A model generated the notes under the pieces. The model saw only the letters and a program-made list of their open reading frames with translations, was not told the origin of the DNA and did not search any database. Of a DNA stretch of 64,000 bases, positions 11,801 to 21,095 are shown one piece after another (the stretch's first letter is position 1; each line of letters starts with the position of its first letter). The stretch is from sequence record OM634661.1; one strand, 5' to 3'. The position numbers and the translations under genes are program-made.

Positions 11801-14800
11801 ATTGATGGCGGTCTTCCATCTGATCAATTAGATCCTGATCTGATCAATGACGTGAATAATTCACTCAAATCAGACATAAGTTACAATGGTGTTCAAATTG
11901 ATGGAACGAATGGAATTCAAGTAAACTCATTAAAAAATCTTCTTTCAATGAATGCAACAGATGGTATAAAGCTTGTGAAGAAAGATGGAAATGAAGTCAT
12001 CTTTGGCGTAACACCTGATGGAGATTTAACCCTTGTAGGTAATGTAGATATTACTGGAGGAAGCATCTCTTGGAGTAATGTTGCAAAACCAAGCTATACA
12101 GCTGGTGAGGTTGGTGCTTATACAAAAGCAGAGTTTGATGAAAAGATCTCTTTCTATGCAACAACAGAAGATGTCGAAGCGGCATTAGATCTTCAAGCAG
12201 ATCAAATCAAACTTGAAGTATCTCAAAATCTTCGAGACACACTTGTAGTAGGTGGACGAAACCTGGCAATGAATAGTGCATTCATTAAAGGTCTTGATAA
12301 ATGGAGAAATTGGCAAACAACAAGCGACATAAGAAGATTAGCAACAAAAGAAGAAATGGCAGGTAAAGCTGGCTTTGACACAGGTGTTTATATTGAAACA
12401 AGTGTAAAGGGTCAATTTGGATATGCTCAAGATAATATCTTAGTAGATCAAGGAGAATGGTATGTAGCATCCTTGTACTATAAAATTCTAAGTTCATCTG
12501 GAAATATCATGCTACAACAAGGATCAGGATCAACTTTCACTTCATCAACTGCAACAGAAGTTGGTCAATGGAAACGACTTATCCATAAATTCCAAGCGTC
12601 TGGTTCAACAACAAATATTTATATTGGTCAAGGATCAAGTGATGCAACGCCAACAATTAAAGCACTGATTACTGGCGTGAAGGTTGAAAAGGCATCAGAC
12701 TTCCCAACAGAATGGACACCTGCACCAGAAGACACAGATGAAGTATTAAAGAGTGTGACTGATAGACTAACTAACGCAGAATCATCTCTTGTATTACAAG
12801 CTGATCAAATAGCAACAAAAGTAAGTGCAGATGAACTTGGTATGATGGAACCAGGAGAAGTCAACATTATAGAAAACAGTTCATTTGCATTTGGTCTATG
12901 GCCACTTGTTTCTCCATCATCAAATTCATGGAGTATTAATAATGGCGTGACGCTATTTGGAAGACCATCGGTTGAATATAGTCACAATGGAAGTACATCT
13001 AATTATCCTGCTGTGGGAACAGATTATATAGACGCAAGAGAGTCTAATCTAGTAGGTCAGACAGTAACAATGAGTGTCTACTTGAAAGTAGCTCAAGGCG
13101 CAACATTTAACGACATTATGTATTTTGAATTATGTGGATATGAGAATACAAGTCAAACAGTAAACCAAACAATAGCAAGATTTTCTTTAACACCAGCAGA
13201 ATTGAATGCAAATGTAGATGTATGGAAACGTTATTCTTTCACAACAGTGATCCCAGAAACAAATGGGAATGGTACTGTCAATTATGTAAGAGCTTTGTTG
13301 AGACTAAGTACGGTAACACCTACTAATAAAGAGCATTTGTACTTTGCTCTTCCGAAGCTAGAGTTAGGATCTACTCCAACAAACTGGATGCCTCACATAA
13401 CAGATGGATGGGATCAGCAAGATTCAATTGTAAGAAGACAGTCTCCATATAAAACTAGGTATATTAAATTAACAGCTCTTGGTCCAAATACAGTGAACTC
13501 TGCTTTTCACCCTGTGAGTCTATCAGCAATTGTAGCAGGTTCAGATGTAGCAAGAGGTATATTGCCAACAGCAGGAAATGCAAAATCATATACGAACCTA
13601 GATAGAATTACAAATGGAAATATTGATTCAGCTAACTATGCATCAATTGATCCAATAAATTCAGACTATGGACAATGGGTGCAAATAGATCTAGGAAAAG
13701 TCTATGAAAACTTAGAGAGAATAGATTTCATTGTTTATTACATTGGAAATAGACGTTACAGATACAAGATAGAAATATCAGAAGATGGCACTACATGGAA
13801 AGAGTTGTACAACAGTAAAAAGCATGGGACGTATGTTGCTTACATGAATGGTGTTTCATTCTTAGTAAATGGTTCTGATAAGATTAGAAAGTTGAGTACG
13901 AGTATCACACAGACATCTCAACAAATATCTTTAAAAGTTTCAAGAGATGATGTTATATCTTCTATTAACCAAACACCAGAACAAATATCTATACAGGCAG
14001 GTAAGATATCACTTGATGGATATGTGGAAGCTAAACATATTAAATCCTTAAATGGGTTAAATATTAATGATAAATTCATTGTAGATAATACTGGAAACGT
14101 TACATTCTCTGGAGCACTTAGTGGTGCAACTGGTACATTCTCTGGATCGCTTAATGCAGCAACAGGTACATTCACTGGAAACGTAACTGTTAAAAGTGGA
14201 ACAAACTATGTTGTGATAAACAGTGGTTCATTACTTGCATATAATGAAGCAGCAGACTGGACAAGTGGAAGATTTAGAATACTAGGTGGAGAATTGAAGT
14301 TTGAATCTCCAGCTGGTTCAACATACTACGGAAGAATTGTTCAAGAAAAAGGTGATTCAGTTATCATTTTCGAGAATTACACAGGATTCTCTTTTCAATC
14401 AAGAGCAAATGGAGTAATGATAGATACAGGATTATCAGTTACTGCTCCTATAACATGTGGAAACATATCGCTAAATGGATTTAATACTATCAAAAATAGC
14501 GGTAATACTCTTTACTTAGAAGGAAACAATGGAGTCGTTTTAAACCATACTTCTGGAGGTAGGTTTGAATTATCTACAGATGCAACTGGTCAAAGAGTAT
14601 TCTCTATGGCAATATACGACAGAACTTATGGAAATAATTCGCCAAATCTTTACATAACAAGTGCAGGGACATTAGGAAGGGTGACATCGGCAAAAAAATA
14701 CAAACTTTTAATACAAGAAAGAAAAGAGAAAAATGATAAAAATATTTTAAACTTAAAACCTAAAACATGGTTTGATAGAGGTTCTTGCGAAGTATACGCT

Positions 14801-15082
14801 GATCATTTAACAAAAGTAGATAGTGGAGAAGCGATTATAGGTGAAGAAGGAGATATTGGTGGTCTAGAGAGAATACCTGGATTGATTGCGGAAGATTTAA
14901 TCGAATTAGGTCTAAATGATTTCGTGTCTTATGAAAGACGAGAAGATGGGAAAAAAGAAGTAGAAGGCCTTATGTATGATAGACTTTGGACGCTTCTTCT
15001 TCCAATCGTAAAAGAACATGAGGAAACAATTGCTTTACTGAAAAAAGAAATTGAAGAATTGAAAAATCAGCAAAAGAAATAA
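8846..15082 (+). CDS. Tail fibre / receptor-binding protein (2078 aa): N-terminal TIM-barrel-like domain, beta-repeat shaft, two CBM-like domains, F5/8 discoidin domain, C-terminal peptidase S74-type chaperone
   Basis: A/I-rich shaft repeats; GGRNLAMNS...KVEKASDFPTEWTPAPED and NIIENSSF...KLELGSTPTNWMP (CBM-like, typical of tail fibres); QWVQIDLGKVYENLERI...YKIEISEDGTTW (discoidin); TSAKKYK...ILNLKPKTW...GLIAEDL...YDRLWTLLLP plus coiled coil (S74). Confidence 0.8.
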   Translation: MSASKFPEELDRFQPKNNAEFEGDPQGDYVMAEDVNELQDAIHAIEKTLGVNPQGGSGSVGERISLFEGSSSVKVPSFLMYLGELININDSETVNEASSILSLFNHVVIGEESINEMNQNKEILTETKKKSNTSFYGLIDVGVLTANTSVTDIQNKIFQFREMGVEGIYCKNFGYENEVSRDRQNKILESIHQYGMVAILTGDNPEELFTEVYHESLNPDWIDPLIEAGDAYHIERFAVDSSIYTLASVDAERMNKLYEYRKDLGIKIFGSGTVLSTSSQSDAQERYEYAEGSAVLYSLDAYYIMVEGYGEISRKIWDFKWMPLIGSWYESNPVIIEDNGQFKRKTSFGDITLIEDRKKVLFEGLYIPSEMMKFNPNSINGNIIMDSTIDETKIKKYSGNKLINAINEDQTTNKIKITKVEKFSYDDLDGSVPVDHLSANVINAINAYIGSAVIGAAKIGDLNAEKITTGSLKADIIKSSVVDAINIYAQNMTADSAKIDVATIGELTADHIKANIVEAINLYAENMDVNSAHINTAVIKELSANKITSGDIASDRMRANVVNAINLYAETIVGDSARIDTAVIGELTADHIKASVIDAINASIETATIDGAKITAATIDGAKIKEATITGANIALATIDTANIKDLAVGTAQIDLGSITSALIAEAAVESIHIAEATITDAHVLELNANKIKAGSIDTTRVTIQGDNGHLKLSGNRLQVFDDSEPAIERVSVGDVDNDGSTYGLRVRGSDGQTVLYDENGVYTEGITDGAVTNPKIGDEAVDSRVIMADAILAKHISADTIVARHIASDSITTRHILAGSITADSAIIAEAAIKSINIGEGQISNVHIQNAAIKSVNIEDGAITTVKIGDAEITAAKIKDLAITNAKIADATIEAAKIKNINADVIDSGTILAKFIQVGRESSFEDGYDPKFNDDQVRLDLRLEAPLPSRIKMNENGIRVDTDIADSYASLDYRGLYIKGGAIVIDGGLPSDQLDPDLINDVNNSLKSDISYNGVQIDGTNGIQVNSLKNLLSMNATDGIKLVKKDGNEVIFGVTPDGDLTLVGNVDITGGSISWSNVAKPSYTAGEVGAYTKAEFDEKISFYATTEDVEAALDLQADQIKLEVSQNLRDTLVVGGRNLAMNSAFIKGLDKWRNWQTTSDIRRLATKEEMAGKAGFDTGVYIETSVKGQFGYAQDNILVDQGEWYVASLYYKILSSSGNIMLQQGSGSTFTSSTATEVGQWKRLIHKFQASGSTTNIYIGQGSSDATPTIKALITGVKVEKASDFPTEWTPAPEDTDEVLKSVTDRLTNAESSLVLQADQIATKVSADELGMMEPGEVNIIENSSFAFGLWPLVSPSSNSWSINNGVTLFGRPSVEYSHNGSTSNYPAVGTDYIDARESNLVGQTVTMSVYLKVAQGATFNDIMYFELCGYENTSQTVNQTIARFSLTPAELNANVDVWKRYSFTTVIPETNGNGTVNYVRALLRLSTVTPTNKEHLYFALPKLELGSTPTNWMPHITDGWDQQDSIVRRQSPYKTRYIKLTALGPNTVNSAFHPVSLSAIVAGSDVARGILPTAGNAKSYTNLDRITNGNIDSANYASIDPINSDYGQWVQIDLGKVYENLERIDFIVYYIGNRRYRYKIEISEDGTTWKELYNSKKHGTYVAYMNGVSFLVNGSDKIRKLSTSITQTSQQISLKVSRDDVISSINQTPEQISIQAGKISLDGYVEAKHIKSLNGLNINDKFIVDNTGNVTFSGALSGATGTFSGSLNAATGTFTGNVTVKSGTNYVVINSGSLLAYNEAADWTSGRFRILGGELKFESPAGSTYYGRIVQEKGDSVIIFENYTGFSFQSRANGVMIDTGLSVTAPITCGNISLNGFNTIKNSGNTLYLEGNNGVVLNHTSGGRFELSTDATGQRVFSMAIYDRTYGNNSPNLYITSAGTLGRVTSAKKYKLLIQERKEKNDKNILNLKPKTWFDRGSCEVYADHLTKVDSGEAIIGEEGDIGGLERIPGLIAEDLIELGLNDFVSYERREDGKKEVEGLMYDRLWTLLLPIVKEHEETIALLKKEIEELKNQQKK
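10361..10620 (+). repeat. Internal 240-bp (80-aa) duplication in the fibre shaft
   Basis: Identical 20-mer GAACTTACAGCAGATCATAT at 10361-10380 and 10601-10620; protein repeat DSAxIDxAxIGELTADHIKA. Confidence 0.8.
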
Positions 15083-15084
15083 CA

Positions 15085-15116
15085 TTGACATATTCTCCTT
15101 GTAGTGGTTCTACTAT
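15085..15116 (+). promoter_or_regulatory. Promoter-like motif TTGACA-N12-AGTGG-TTCTACTAT
   Basis: Perfect -35 followed by the recurring AGTGG element; upstream of the 15146 gene. Confidence 0.55.
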
Positions 15117-15145
15117 AGGGAGAATAAATGATATGAGGTGATCTA

Positions 15146-15367
15146 ATGGAAGAAGAGTTGAAGGTTCTAAAAACAATCAGTATAGAAGTATTGGAAGATG
15201 GATCATTTGAAGTAAATGCAAAAAAAGAAGGAAAGAATATGGACGTATATGAATTAGAAAGAGATCTTTATAATGTATGTCAAAGTCTTCATGATAACAG
15301 AATCATAAGTACAGCATTAAATGCTTTAAAACAAGAACAATCAACAGAACAAAATAAAGAGGATTGA
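15146..15367 (+). CDS. Hypothetical protein (73 aa)
   Basis: ORF with GAGGTG RBS. Confidence 0.65.
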   Translation: MEEELKVLKTISIEVLEDGSFEVNAKKEGKNMDVYELERDLYNVCQSLHDNRIISTALNALKQEQSTEQNKED

Positions 15368-15392
15368 CTGATAAGACCCTAGTGGTTAGCAT
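15364..15392 (+). promoter_or_regulatory. Promoter-like motif TTGACT-N11-AGTGG-T-TAGCAT
   Basis: Also reads as a sigmaA -35 / 17 bp / -10 (TAGCAT) promoter. Confidence 0.55.
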
Positions 15393-15394
15393 CA

Positions 15395-15425
15395 AGGAGA
15401 CCAAATAAGGTCTCCTATTTTTATT
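15395..15425 (+). terminator. Rho-independent terminator
   Basis: AGGAGACC (15395-15402) / GGTCTCCT (15409-15416), followed by ATTTTTATTT. Confidence 0.75.
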
Positions 15426-15439
15426 TAGGAGATGATTAT

Positions 15440-15793
15440 GTGAAGCAGTATGGAAACACACCATATGGCAAGATATATAAGTATGGAAAATATGATGTAA
15501 CAACAACAGATCCAGAAAGTATAGGTACTGATAAGAAGTATAGGATTAAAAGTATAGGATCTTCTAGAATATCTCCATATGTGACAGTATCAAGTACAAG
15601 AGCTTTTATTAAAAATAAAAACAAACCTGATATAAGAATTAGATGTGATATGGGAAGATGGATTTATTTAAATCAAGCAGAGACAAACAGTAAGTCAGAT
15701 ACATTTAGAATAAGATCCATTTCTTCAGATGGACAGAAATCAAAATGGATTCAGTCTGTAAAAGGTAGCATACAATATAAAGGAAGTGACTAA
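15440..15793 (+). CDS. Hypothetical virion protein (117 aa)
   Basis: GTG start after AGGAG; N-terminal YGxxPYG..YG motif. Confidence 0.6.
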   Translation: MKQYGNTPYGKIYKYGKYDVTTTDPESIGTDKKYRIKSIGSSRISPYVTVSSTRAFIKNKNKPDIRIRCDMGRWIYLNQAETNSKSDTFRIRSISSDGQKSKWIQSVKGSIQYKGSD

Positions 15794-16547
15794 GATGAGT
15801 GATTATTTAAAAGGATATTTGCAAGTATTGCCAGAGTTTCAAAGAAAAACAATCAAGGATATTATTGTAGAGAACCAAGATTTGTTTGAAATCAAAAACG
15901 TATCAGATGATGAGTTTAAAAAATTAATGGATCAATTAGCAAAAGATCATGATCAGCTAACAAAATTTATTGCTCAGTATCAAAAGCTAGATCCAGACTT
16001 ATGGAATAATTTCTTTAGCAACCTATACATTGATTTAAATCTAATGTTCTTAGAATCTAATTTATCAGAAAGTGCTATTGTAAACTATCATAGAATATTT
16101 GAAAGCATTATATCAGATCTAAAAAAAGAGATAGACAAACTAAGTCAGCGTATAGACGAACTGAAATTAGTGAATGAAGGTGAAGAAGGGTTAATCGTGA
16201 AGAGCTATGACTTCACTACAAAAGGACAGATGGAAACAGATCGAGGTAAGTACGGACATCTATTTCAAGATAGAGATGGAACGCAGGTAAGTAATGTCGT
16301 GATTGAGAGAAATCATGATCAATATTTCGCAGCACTAGGAAAACGTAGTGAAACAGACTGTCTAAAGAACCAAAACGGACAGCCAACAGCAAAAATCAAA
16401 GTCATTGACCGAAGAGGTAAACCTATTGAAATGACAAAGAACCCAGAGAGATATGCTGTATCAAATTCAATTGATGGATCAAATGAAACGTATTGGGCTG
16501 AAGTTGTTCTTGCAGATGAACCAATCAAGATGTCTATTACAAAATAG
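15786..16547 (+). CDS. Virion (baseplate-type) structural protein; N-terminal part of a paralog family
   Basis: Coiled N-terminus and SIDGSNETYWAEV match the N-terminal halves of the 19268, 21096 and 24016 proteins. Confidence 0.6.
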   Translation: MTKMSDYLKGYLQVLPEFQRKTIKDIIVENQDLFEIKNVSDDEFKKLMDQLAKDHDQLTKFIAQYQKLDPDLWNNFFSNLYIDLNLMFLESNLSESAIVNYHRIFESIISDLKKEIDKLSQRIDELKLVNEGEEGLIVKSYDFTTKGQMETDRGKYGHLFQDRDGTQVSNVVIERNHDQYFAALGKRSETDCLKNQNGQPTAKIKVIDRRGKPIEMTKNPERYAVSNSIDGSNETYWAEVVLADEPIKMSITK

Positions 16548-16562
16548 AAAGGAGAGATCATC

Positions 16563-17708
16563 TTGTCTAAAGATTTACTTATAGAATATGCAATATCACT
16601 AGGAATAGAACAGAGAGAAGGATTGTGGAAAATCATTTATCCTCATCCATATGATGCAGAGAAAAAAGTAACGATCTATACTGTTCAAGATGTAAATGAT
16701 GAAAGAATAGGATCAGAAGTAAATGGGATTAGTGTAGCAGAACCAGGAGATAAAATGGTGGAGTTACTATCCTGGCTATACAATAGAATTACAAAATATC
16801 CATACTACTGGCCTTATGAAGCAACATATGTAGATCGTTTCGGATATGACTTTGCAGTAGACATGGAAGAAGATCCAAATGAAGATGGAAACTTTAGAGT
16901 CCATTCAGTAGATATTACACAAATTGCTTATGAAATTGTAAAGAAGAAGCTGAATATCAAACCACCTAAAGAAACAGAGAGTGAAATTGAAGTAGAGGAA
17001 TACTTAGAGCCAGGAGGTTCTTTCGTTAAATTCACTGTGACACTTAGTAAGTCCCAACCAGTGAGCGAGATTGTACTAACACCTTTTTCAAAATATCCTT
17101 TAGAGGTTTCATCAATCTCTTATGAGAAAGATATTAAGACATTTCATCCAAGAAAAGAATTGATCCTTTCAAACAAGCCTGGTCCATCAACTAAGCCAAT
17201 GGTATTTAAATTTCCTGTAATTACAGCGATGAGATTCACAATTGTGATGAGACAAAAAAACTATGTGAAGAATACATATCTAGTAGATAATAAGGATTTA
17301 AATAAAAAAGCAATGTGGGAAAAGATATCAAAACGAGAAAGCGATATGATTAGTGCCACCGCAACAGAATTACAAAGTATATCAATGAAAGCACAATCAA
17401 TAAGTGGGCAAGAGATTTATGATAGTGAAATGGAGAAGAATAAAGAAAATATAAGAGCTTGGACAAAAGACTTTATGACATATAAAGAGAATATGTCTAA
17501 GAGAGAAAGAACATCCAATAAAAATATCAGCACTGGCACAACTGACGGTGGTGTATTTAGAGAAGATTATAGAGATGCTACAGTGAAATATGCACAGAGC
17601 GCAGAGTCATTAGAAAATGATTCTTCAAATGAAGGCGAAGATACAGGTCTTAAATTGTTTAATAAAAACCAGAGAGACTTAACAGGATGGAATAGAACCT
17701 GGGGATAA
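16563..17708 (+). CDS. Virion structural protein
   Basis: TTG start after AGGAG; contains KFTVTLSKSQPVSEIVLTPF, equivalent to the middle of the paralogs. Confidence 0.55.
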   Translation: MSKDLLIEYAISLGIEQREGLWKIIYPHPYDAEKKVTIYTVQDVNDERIGSEVNGISVAEPGDKMVELLSWLYNRITKYPYYWPYEATYVDRFGYDFAVDMEEDPNEDGNFRVHSVDITQIAYEIVKKKLNIKPPKETESEIEVEEYLEPGGSFVKFTVTLSKSQPVSEIVLTPFSKYPLEVSSISYEKDIKTFHPRKELILSNKPGPSTKPMVFKFPVITAMRFTIVMRQKNYVKNTYLVDNKDLNKKAMWEKISKRESDMISATATELQSISMKAQSISGQEIYDSEMEKNKENIRAWTKDFMTYKENMSKRERTSNKNISTGTTDGGVFREDYRDATVKYAQSAESLENDSSNEGEDTGLKLFNKNQRDLTGWNRTWG

Positions 17709-17720
17709 GGAGGTATTTGA

Positions 17721-19268
17721 ATGATAGTAAATAATGGCGGAGAATCTGGAAAGAAAAAGTCTATAATTATCGCTACAAAATATGTAGAGAAAAACGGAAA
17801 TAGATACAAATACGAGTATTACTTTGAGAACGGTGTTAGAAGAATGAGGCTTGTATTAGATGAAGAAGCTAACGCAAAGATTCATGTAGCAAGCAATCAA
17901 AAGAAAGCAATAGAAAATCCAACAAGCAGAAACAATTTAAAGCCAACACCTAAAAAGAAAATACCTGATGGAATTCCTCAAAAGGAAAATAAGATTGAAG
18001 AAAATGAAAGTTCTTCTTTCAAAGCAGCAAGCGCTTCATCTTACCAAACAAATAGTGTTCAGGAAGCTTCAGTTGCAAAAGTATCTAAAACAGCTTCAGC
18101 TCCTCAACCTCCTCCTATTGCAAAAACAGCAATTGTGAGCAGGAAGAAAGCAAATCAAACAGAAGTTGTAAAGTATGAATATCTTCAAGGACTAAAGGAT
18201 CTTCAAATCAAACACAATCAGTATGATAATAAATCTATTTTTGTTAGTAAGCCGATGGAGATCGAAGGAAATGTCATGCAGGTTTCTCTTGAGAGCGTAG
18301 AGGATCATCCAGTTTTTGATGAGCTAAGCGGAAAAGCGGCTTCTCGTCAGACATCAATCGAGTACTATATTGCGTATTCAGTAAATCCAAGTTTAGATGA
18401 ATGGCATCCAATATTACCAGAAGGAGTAAAGAGAATTCAGTCAGAATTGATTATATTTAATTCAGCTAAAACTGGTGCTTTAAGATTTCCTGCACTGATA
18501 GGTAGCAGCCCTAAAGCAGTCGCATACAAAAATGGAATCAAGATGAAGGAAACACATTGGTCTTTTGCAGATGGAGGCACAACGTTCCAGCTCTTAACAG
18601 ACAGAGATCCAACAGCAATTTACACGATTGATTACAATCCTAACGTAGAAATTTATAATCCTTGGGTTTTAGATATTAATGAACAGGGAGCAAGAAAAGT
18701 AAAAGCGATTGATACATTTGAGAATGGTACGAATCATAACAAGACAATTGTTCTAAAGAAATATCCTTACATTGATTACGAAAGAATTAATCTTACATCT
18801 AACTATGATCCAAATACAAATGCATATAAACCATTTAAGGTGAGAATCAAGAATGCAAGTATTGCTGGACCGAATCAAACAACATATAAAGAAGTTCTTC
18901 CTTATATAGATGAAGATCAAAAAGTGTTTACTAAGAACGTAACAGATTATAAGGAAAACAAAATGGTTCAACTTAAAGAATATAGTATTGATGAATCAAA
19001 CGGAGCTTATAAAGGATTTGAATATAGACAAGAAAAGAATAAGCTGATTTTCTCTGAAACATTTAATAAACCTTCAATTATGACGGATACTGAAACCTTG
19101 CATCAAAACCAACAATTCAATCATGGATATGGAGAAATTGAAGTTGAGTACGAATGCTTGGTATCGAACTTTAGGGTTAAAGCGATTTTGAGAAGAAATG
19201 CTTCAGATGAAAATACATTAACACCTATGCTTCATCAGTATGGGTTGAAATTTAAGGTGATGAAATAA
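17721..19268 (+). CDS. Virion structural protein
   Basis: YEYLQGLKDLQI...IFVSKP...QVSL...IEYYI...WHPILP matches the C-terminal part of the paralogs. Confidence 0.55.
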   Translation: MIVNNGGESGKKKSIIIATKYVEKNGNRYKYEYYFENGVRRMRLVLDEEANAKIHVASNQKKAIENPTSRNNLKPTPKKKIPDGIPQKENKIEENESSSFKAASASSYQTNSVQEASVAKVSKTASAPQPPPIAKTAIVSRKKANQTEVVKYEYLQGLKDLQIKHNQYDNKSIFVSKPMEIEGNVMQVSLESVEDHPVFDELSGKAASRQTSIEYYIAYSVNPSLDEWHPILPEGVKRIQSELIIFNSAKTGALRFPALIGSSPKAVAYKNGIKMKETHWSFADGGTTFQLLTDRDPTAIYTIDYNPNVEIYNPWVLDINEQGARKVKAIDTFENGTNHNKTIVLKKYPYIDYERINLTSNYDPNTNAYKPFKVRIKNASIAGPNQTTYKEVLPYIDEDQKVFTKNVTDYKENKMVQLKEYSIDESNGAYKGFEYRQEKNKLIFSETFNKPSIMTDTETLHQNQQFNHGYGEIEVEYECLVSNFRVKAILRRNASDENTLTPMLHQYGLKFKVMK

Positions 19269-21085
19269 TGGAAAATCAATTTAACTTAAATATCAAATCA
19301 GAGATTCTTGAGAAACAAGCAAAGTATTTATTTGATAGAGCTTATTCATTACTTGGAGAAACTGCTTCAGAAGAAGAAGTCATGGCTCTTGTAGATGAAA
19401 CTATTTCAAGATACTACAAAAACTTAGGAAGACCTCTTCATATTGTGAGGAAAGCAGAAGAGGCGCATCTTCCTTTTATTGAAGACTATAATGAGTCGAT
19501 TGAAGAAATTGTTGAAGATGTGTCTATTTTATTTTCGGAGATTGAAAATATAGGAAATTACCTTTCTGAGTATTTCAACTATGCACAAAGTGAAAAGATG
19601 AGGATAGGGAATAGAATCAAAGGCATATCTGGCTTAACTAATGACCTAAATTTAATTGCTAATGATACAACATCTAACTCTATTTATTTTAGAGATAGCT
19701 TTGAAGATACAACAAAGATTGAAGAAGATATGATTATGGGAAGCCCTGCTCAGGTTTCTACTATAGAAGGCATTGTTACTTTAGGAAGATCATCTACAGT
19801 GAATAGAAGTGAGTCAGCAAGAGTACGAGAAGTATCAGGTAATGGTGAAGCAGGAACATATCATGTAGCAAGAAGAGTAAAAGTGCCATCAGAAGATGGT
19901 CAAAGCATGGTAATGGCTCCTGTGTATGTAAGTGACCAATTACCTAATGATCAAAGCCAAGCAATTTTAGATGGACGACCAGATACTATATTTGAGTATC
20001 AAATGGTGAACTGTGAACGATCTGACATTATCAATATTGCTAAAGGGTATGACTTCTCTTGGGCAAAAGGATCAAAAGATAATGATAGATTAAGATTAAA
20101 AATAGTTATTCAATTAGAAGAACCAACAGATATCAACTGGATTAATATCAATCCTTACAATCCAACCTTCTCTACTGGTAAGGTTGTCGTGCATAGTATT
20201 AGAACATCAGAAGATGGATTTGACTACTCTCCTCTATATGAAGGAGGAGATTATGTTTTAAATGCGGAGATTAATACGACTCCTCAAACATATAGAGCAG
20301 ATGCAATATTTGATGGAAGCACAGAGTTTGTTGATTCAAAATTTGCAGGTCAAGGTGTATGGGTATTCCCAACAAGACAAACAAAATATGTAGAAGTCAT
20401 ACTTGATCAAAATGAATCGTATGAAGAATTAGTAGGTCATACTTATTATGAAAGAATCAAATCAACAATTGATGGAAACGGGAATGAAATTCAAACAAAG
20501 GTAAGAATTCCTTCTTCACAAGTACCAGATACTATTATTGAATCTGATCCAGGGACATATACTGTAGACACAGATACTGACATTAAAAAGACAATAGAAG
20601 CATTCAATGGATGGAGATATGCAATTGGTATTCGAGATATTAATATCATGAGTTATCAATTTGTTGAGAAAAGTGAGATTGTTTCTAAGAAGTATGAGAC
20701 AGATCAAGAGATTTCACAAATCATGCTTTACGTGAATGAGAAAATTCCAACTTCTTATTTAGGCAAAATCTCTACTTCAAATGATTGGATTAAATACTAT
20801 ATCTCTTATGATGATGTGAACTGGATTAGAATATCACCAATGCATCACCAGCCATCAACAAAAGAAACGTTCCCTCCTAAGATTGTTCAATTTAATGGGA
20901 ATAAGATAGAACTAGAGTCATCATTCCAGCTTTATAAAAGCTATGTAGATACAGATGCACCTGTAAAAGGCATAAGGCTAAAAGCTGTACTAGAACGACC
21001 AACAGAAGAAGGATCAGAATCAACAACACCAGTAATTGAGGACTATGCTATTCGTGTAGTATTCAAGGATCAATCAGTAGAGTGA
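19268..21085 (+). CDS. Virion (baseplate-type) structural protein
   Basis: 605-aa ORF, translationally coupled; discoidin-like motifs. Confidence 0.6.
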   Translation: MENQFNLNIKSEILEKQAKYLFDRAYSLLGETASEEEVMALVDETISRYYKNLGRPLHIVRKAEEAHLPFIEDYNESIEEIVEDVSILFSEIENIGNYLSEYFNYAQSEKMRIGNRIKGISGLTNDLNLIANDTTSNSIYFRDSFEDTTKIEEDMIMGSPAQVSTIEGIVTLGRSSTVNRSESARVREVSGNGEAGTYHVARRVKVPSEDGQSMVMAPVYVSDQLPNDQSQAILDGRPDTIFEYQMVNCERSDIINIAKGYDFSWAKGSKDNDRLRLKIVIQLEEPTDINWININPYNPTFSTGKVVVHSIRTSEDGFDYSPLYEGGDYVLNAEINTTPQTYRADAIFDGSTEFVDSKFAGQGVWVFPTRQTKYVEVILDQNESYEELVGHTYYERIKSTIDGNGNEIQTKVRIPSSQVPDTIIESDPGTYTVDTDTDIKKTIEAFNGWRYAIGIRDINIMSYQFVEKSEIVSKKYETDQEISQIMLYVNEKIPTSYLGKISTSNDWIKYYISYDDVNWIRISPMHHQPSTKETFPPKIVQFNGNKIELESSFQLYKSYVDTDAPVKGIRLKAVLERPTEEGSESTTPVIEDYAIRVVFKDQSVE

Positions 21086-21095
21086 GGGAAGAATA

